From NCBI RefSeq assembly GCF_902459465.1, contig NC_047073.1, forward strand, positions 14,942,001-15,006,000: a stretch of DNA of 64,000 bases. Direction: 5' to 3'. The notes under the pieces are model-generated. The model was not told the origin of the DNA and did no database searches. It saw nothing but the letters and a program-made list of their open reading frames with translations. Positions 61,376 to 64,000 of the stretch are shown here, one piece after another; within the stretch, counting starts at the first letter, position 1, and each line of letters starts with the position of its first letter. Position numbers and translations under genes: made by a program. Origin of the DNA: Asterias rubens (taxonomy: Eukaryota).

Positions 61376-64000
61376 GTAGGCCTCGTAAAAGGTTCACACA
61401 ACAAAAATAATACGTAATGCTTACTAACAATCACTGCGCTACCCGAGTCAGAGTTCCTTCCTCCATGTGCCCAATGCAGGAAGTTACAGTCTTGACTTGT
61501 TGAGTCTTAGAACTATTTTTTATTTCACGCACCTCGCGCGTCGTGCACTCACCCCAGTCTTTGATGTTCAAACACACTGTTTTTATTATATTGCCATGTG
61601 ATAACAGTCCGATCCATGGATAGAGCAATTCTCATCACGACCAACAATAAATAACAGTTTGGACGTGTGTGACAAAGGCTCCTTTGAAATCCAGCAAAGT
61701 CAATTGCATTGTGTTGTTTAGTGGCCGTTTGTTATACAAGTTTGATAATGATAACTGCACTTATTCATTTAAAACAATGACCTCTATTGTTTTAATTCCT
61801 TTAATTCTCTGAAACATCCCGGGTCGTCAGAGTTGATAACGGGGAACACTGGGGTGTGACCCATTTCCGGGTCCAGGCTGACCCAGTTTAAAAAGAAATG
61901 ATTTAACTCTTTTTTGTTTAGGTTACTGTATTGTTTTGAAATTTTATGAAGATGGATACAAAATGTTTGAATTTAATTGAACTCGGATGTTGCTTCATTT
62001 TGACCTGTTTGGGGTCATTTTTGACCCACAATTTGGCCATGCCCATCTCACTGGATCAATTATGACCTGGACCTAAATTCCAAAGCCTGTATTATAAAGC
62101 ACACAAACTTGCTGAGCACAGAAAAGCATTCCTTAAAGATACTGGACACTATAATTGGTATTGTCGAAGACCAGTCTTCTCACCAGTGTAGGCCTAAAGC
62201 AATATTTTCTGCGTAAGCAGCCTCTGTATGAAATTGGTGGCACAGCGCATGTGGTTTTTCAGAGTACGGGGAGAGGTTCGAACCGCAAGTTGCAGATCAG
62301 AGCCCCTAAAATAAAATAAAAATCGTGGTTAGTATCTTGTTTTAAATTTAGAGGACCTCGACCACTCAACTACATCGACGTGATCGGGAGAGATACGGAG
62401 GCTGAAATTGTGGACCTTCCAAACATGATGGGGGATAAACTCCTCTGACATGACGTTGTGCATGGAATCGCGGTTGCGACCGCTTAATGATGATGATGTA
62501 AATTTAAAATCACTTCCGATCTACGATATTCAGGGTCATATAACTTGCTTTGGTCATGCCCCATATTTTTTTCAAGGGGGTTAGTTTAGCTGACAAGCTG
62601 ATATTGTTTTTGTATGATTAACACTTTACATTAATTGTAGTGAGGCAATAACCCCTACTGTTTACCTTTTTTACACAATATATTTTAATGATATACACAA
62701 CAGCCACCGATTAGGCTTTGAAAAGATAAGTTTTAGTTTTAAAAGTTCCATCGAGTCCTACTTTTTCTTTCCTTTAGCCGACTTAAACGAGCTGCTGACC
62801 GAGTAAACAAATCATTGAAGCTTAAAATATTATTATCAGTATTATAGGCCAAAAACATGTTTAGCATGCATCCTGCCTTTTTGAAAAATAGGGAGGAGGG
62901 TGCTTTTATTTTTTAATTTTTTTTTTTTTTTTTCTAAATAGCCGCCCGACACATTTTTAAAGATAATTTTTTTTTTCATCTGAGATCATTAAAATGCATT
63001 CTTGTTTTGTTGAAAAAAAGGGGGACAAGAGGAGGCGGCCACCAAAAAGGAAGCGGACGGGGACGCGAAACATGTTTTTTGTTTTTCTGGCCTTATCAAT
63101 CTTCCAAAAACAATATAGCGCATTGAGGCGTTGTGTCACACGCGTCGTGTATTAGTAGTGGTTCTTGCGTCCGCACACACCGGTAAGGGTGTTTTTAGTA
63201 CTATCGTGTTTGTAGTTGTACAAAATGTTAACAATCAATAATTTGACAATAATCATGTATTCTGACTATGCACGGCGGATCATCGACATAATGTGCCGCA
63301 AAGGCTGGCTGGCTGGCTGGTATTCTATTTTTTTAACCAAGCGACTGATGCATGACGTCTCAGTGTTATGTCAAAAGAAAAACCTGGCGCTGACTTTTTG
63401 GGATTTGTAAACCTTGAACTATGGCATGGTTGGTCCTTTTTCTGCCCAGCCGTAAACTTGTATTAGGCCCACATCACGTTATGCGGAAAAAGGTGCGGGA
63501 ACCCACGGCGCAGGGGGCATTGTGTGTGCACACGTTATACAAATAGTGCAGTGTGACGCGTTCATTGCATATTCATCGATATGCTAATCATGGTATTCAC
63601 TTTTCAGATCCTCATGAATATTATGACGTATGGTCGACTTCTGCCTGGCCGGTGGAGCGAATAATAATCACCCGAACACGCAGCATTTATTTATGTCCCC
63701 CGTCTCCATGATCGCATCGGAAGAGAAACATCCATACTGATAGGGTCCGTAAAAAAAGGCACTGGACACTGTTGGTAATTAATATAAAAAAATCGTAATT
63801 TACTTGGTAGCGAGCAATGGAGATCTGTTGATAGTAAAGAACATTGTGAGGAACGGCTCCCCTCTGAAGTAACGTTACGTAGTGTTTTAGAAAGGTAATT
63901 TCTCATTCAAATAATGCATTTTAGTATGCATCTGAAAGCACACAAAGTAATGCAACAAGGGTGTTTTTATATCTTTATTCTCCGAGAATAATCTCTTGCA

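Noticed and set aside
62350-62450. Possible second exon of the SAMD1-like gene
   Set aside because: The phase-0 frame hits a stop after 17 codons and shows no recognisable domain.

Overview
Eukaryotic (metazoan) genomic DNA, AT-rich and intron-rich. It is most likely an invertebrate deuterostome such as a sea star; this is inferred from protein similarity and repeat style, not from a search. Five complete multi-exon housekeeping genes could be spliced by hand with consistent phases: TOE1 (+), NASP (-), BTF3 (+), REX1BD/C19orf60 (-) and PIGW (+). The first exon of a SAMD1/KAT6-type winged-helix gene (+) is also present, plus an unassigned minus-strand exon upstream of TOE1. Genes sit in head-to-head pairs. 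The first 7.9 kb is a compound satellite: a 29-bp/189-bp higher-order repeat joined directly to about 466 copies of a 12-mer. That array reads as one Thr/Asp-rich (DATT)n frame broken by a single 1-nt insertion. NASP has a clear U12 (minor-spliceosome) intron. Introns are dense with MITEs (TTAA/Kolobok-like, CWG, AT and 8-bp hAT types), tRNA-derived SINEs and minisatellites. No prokaryotic features or CRISPR arrays are present.
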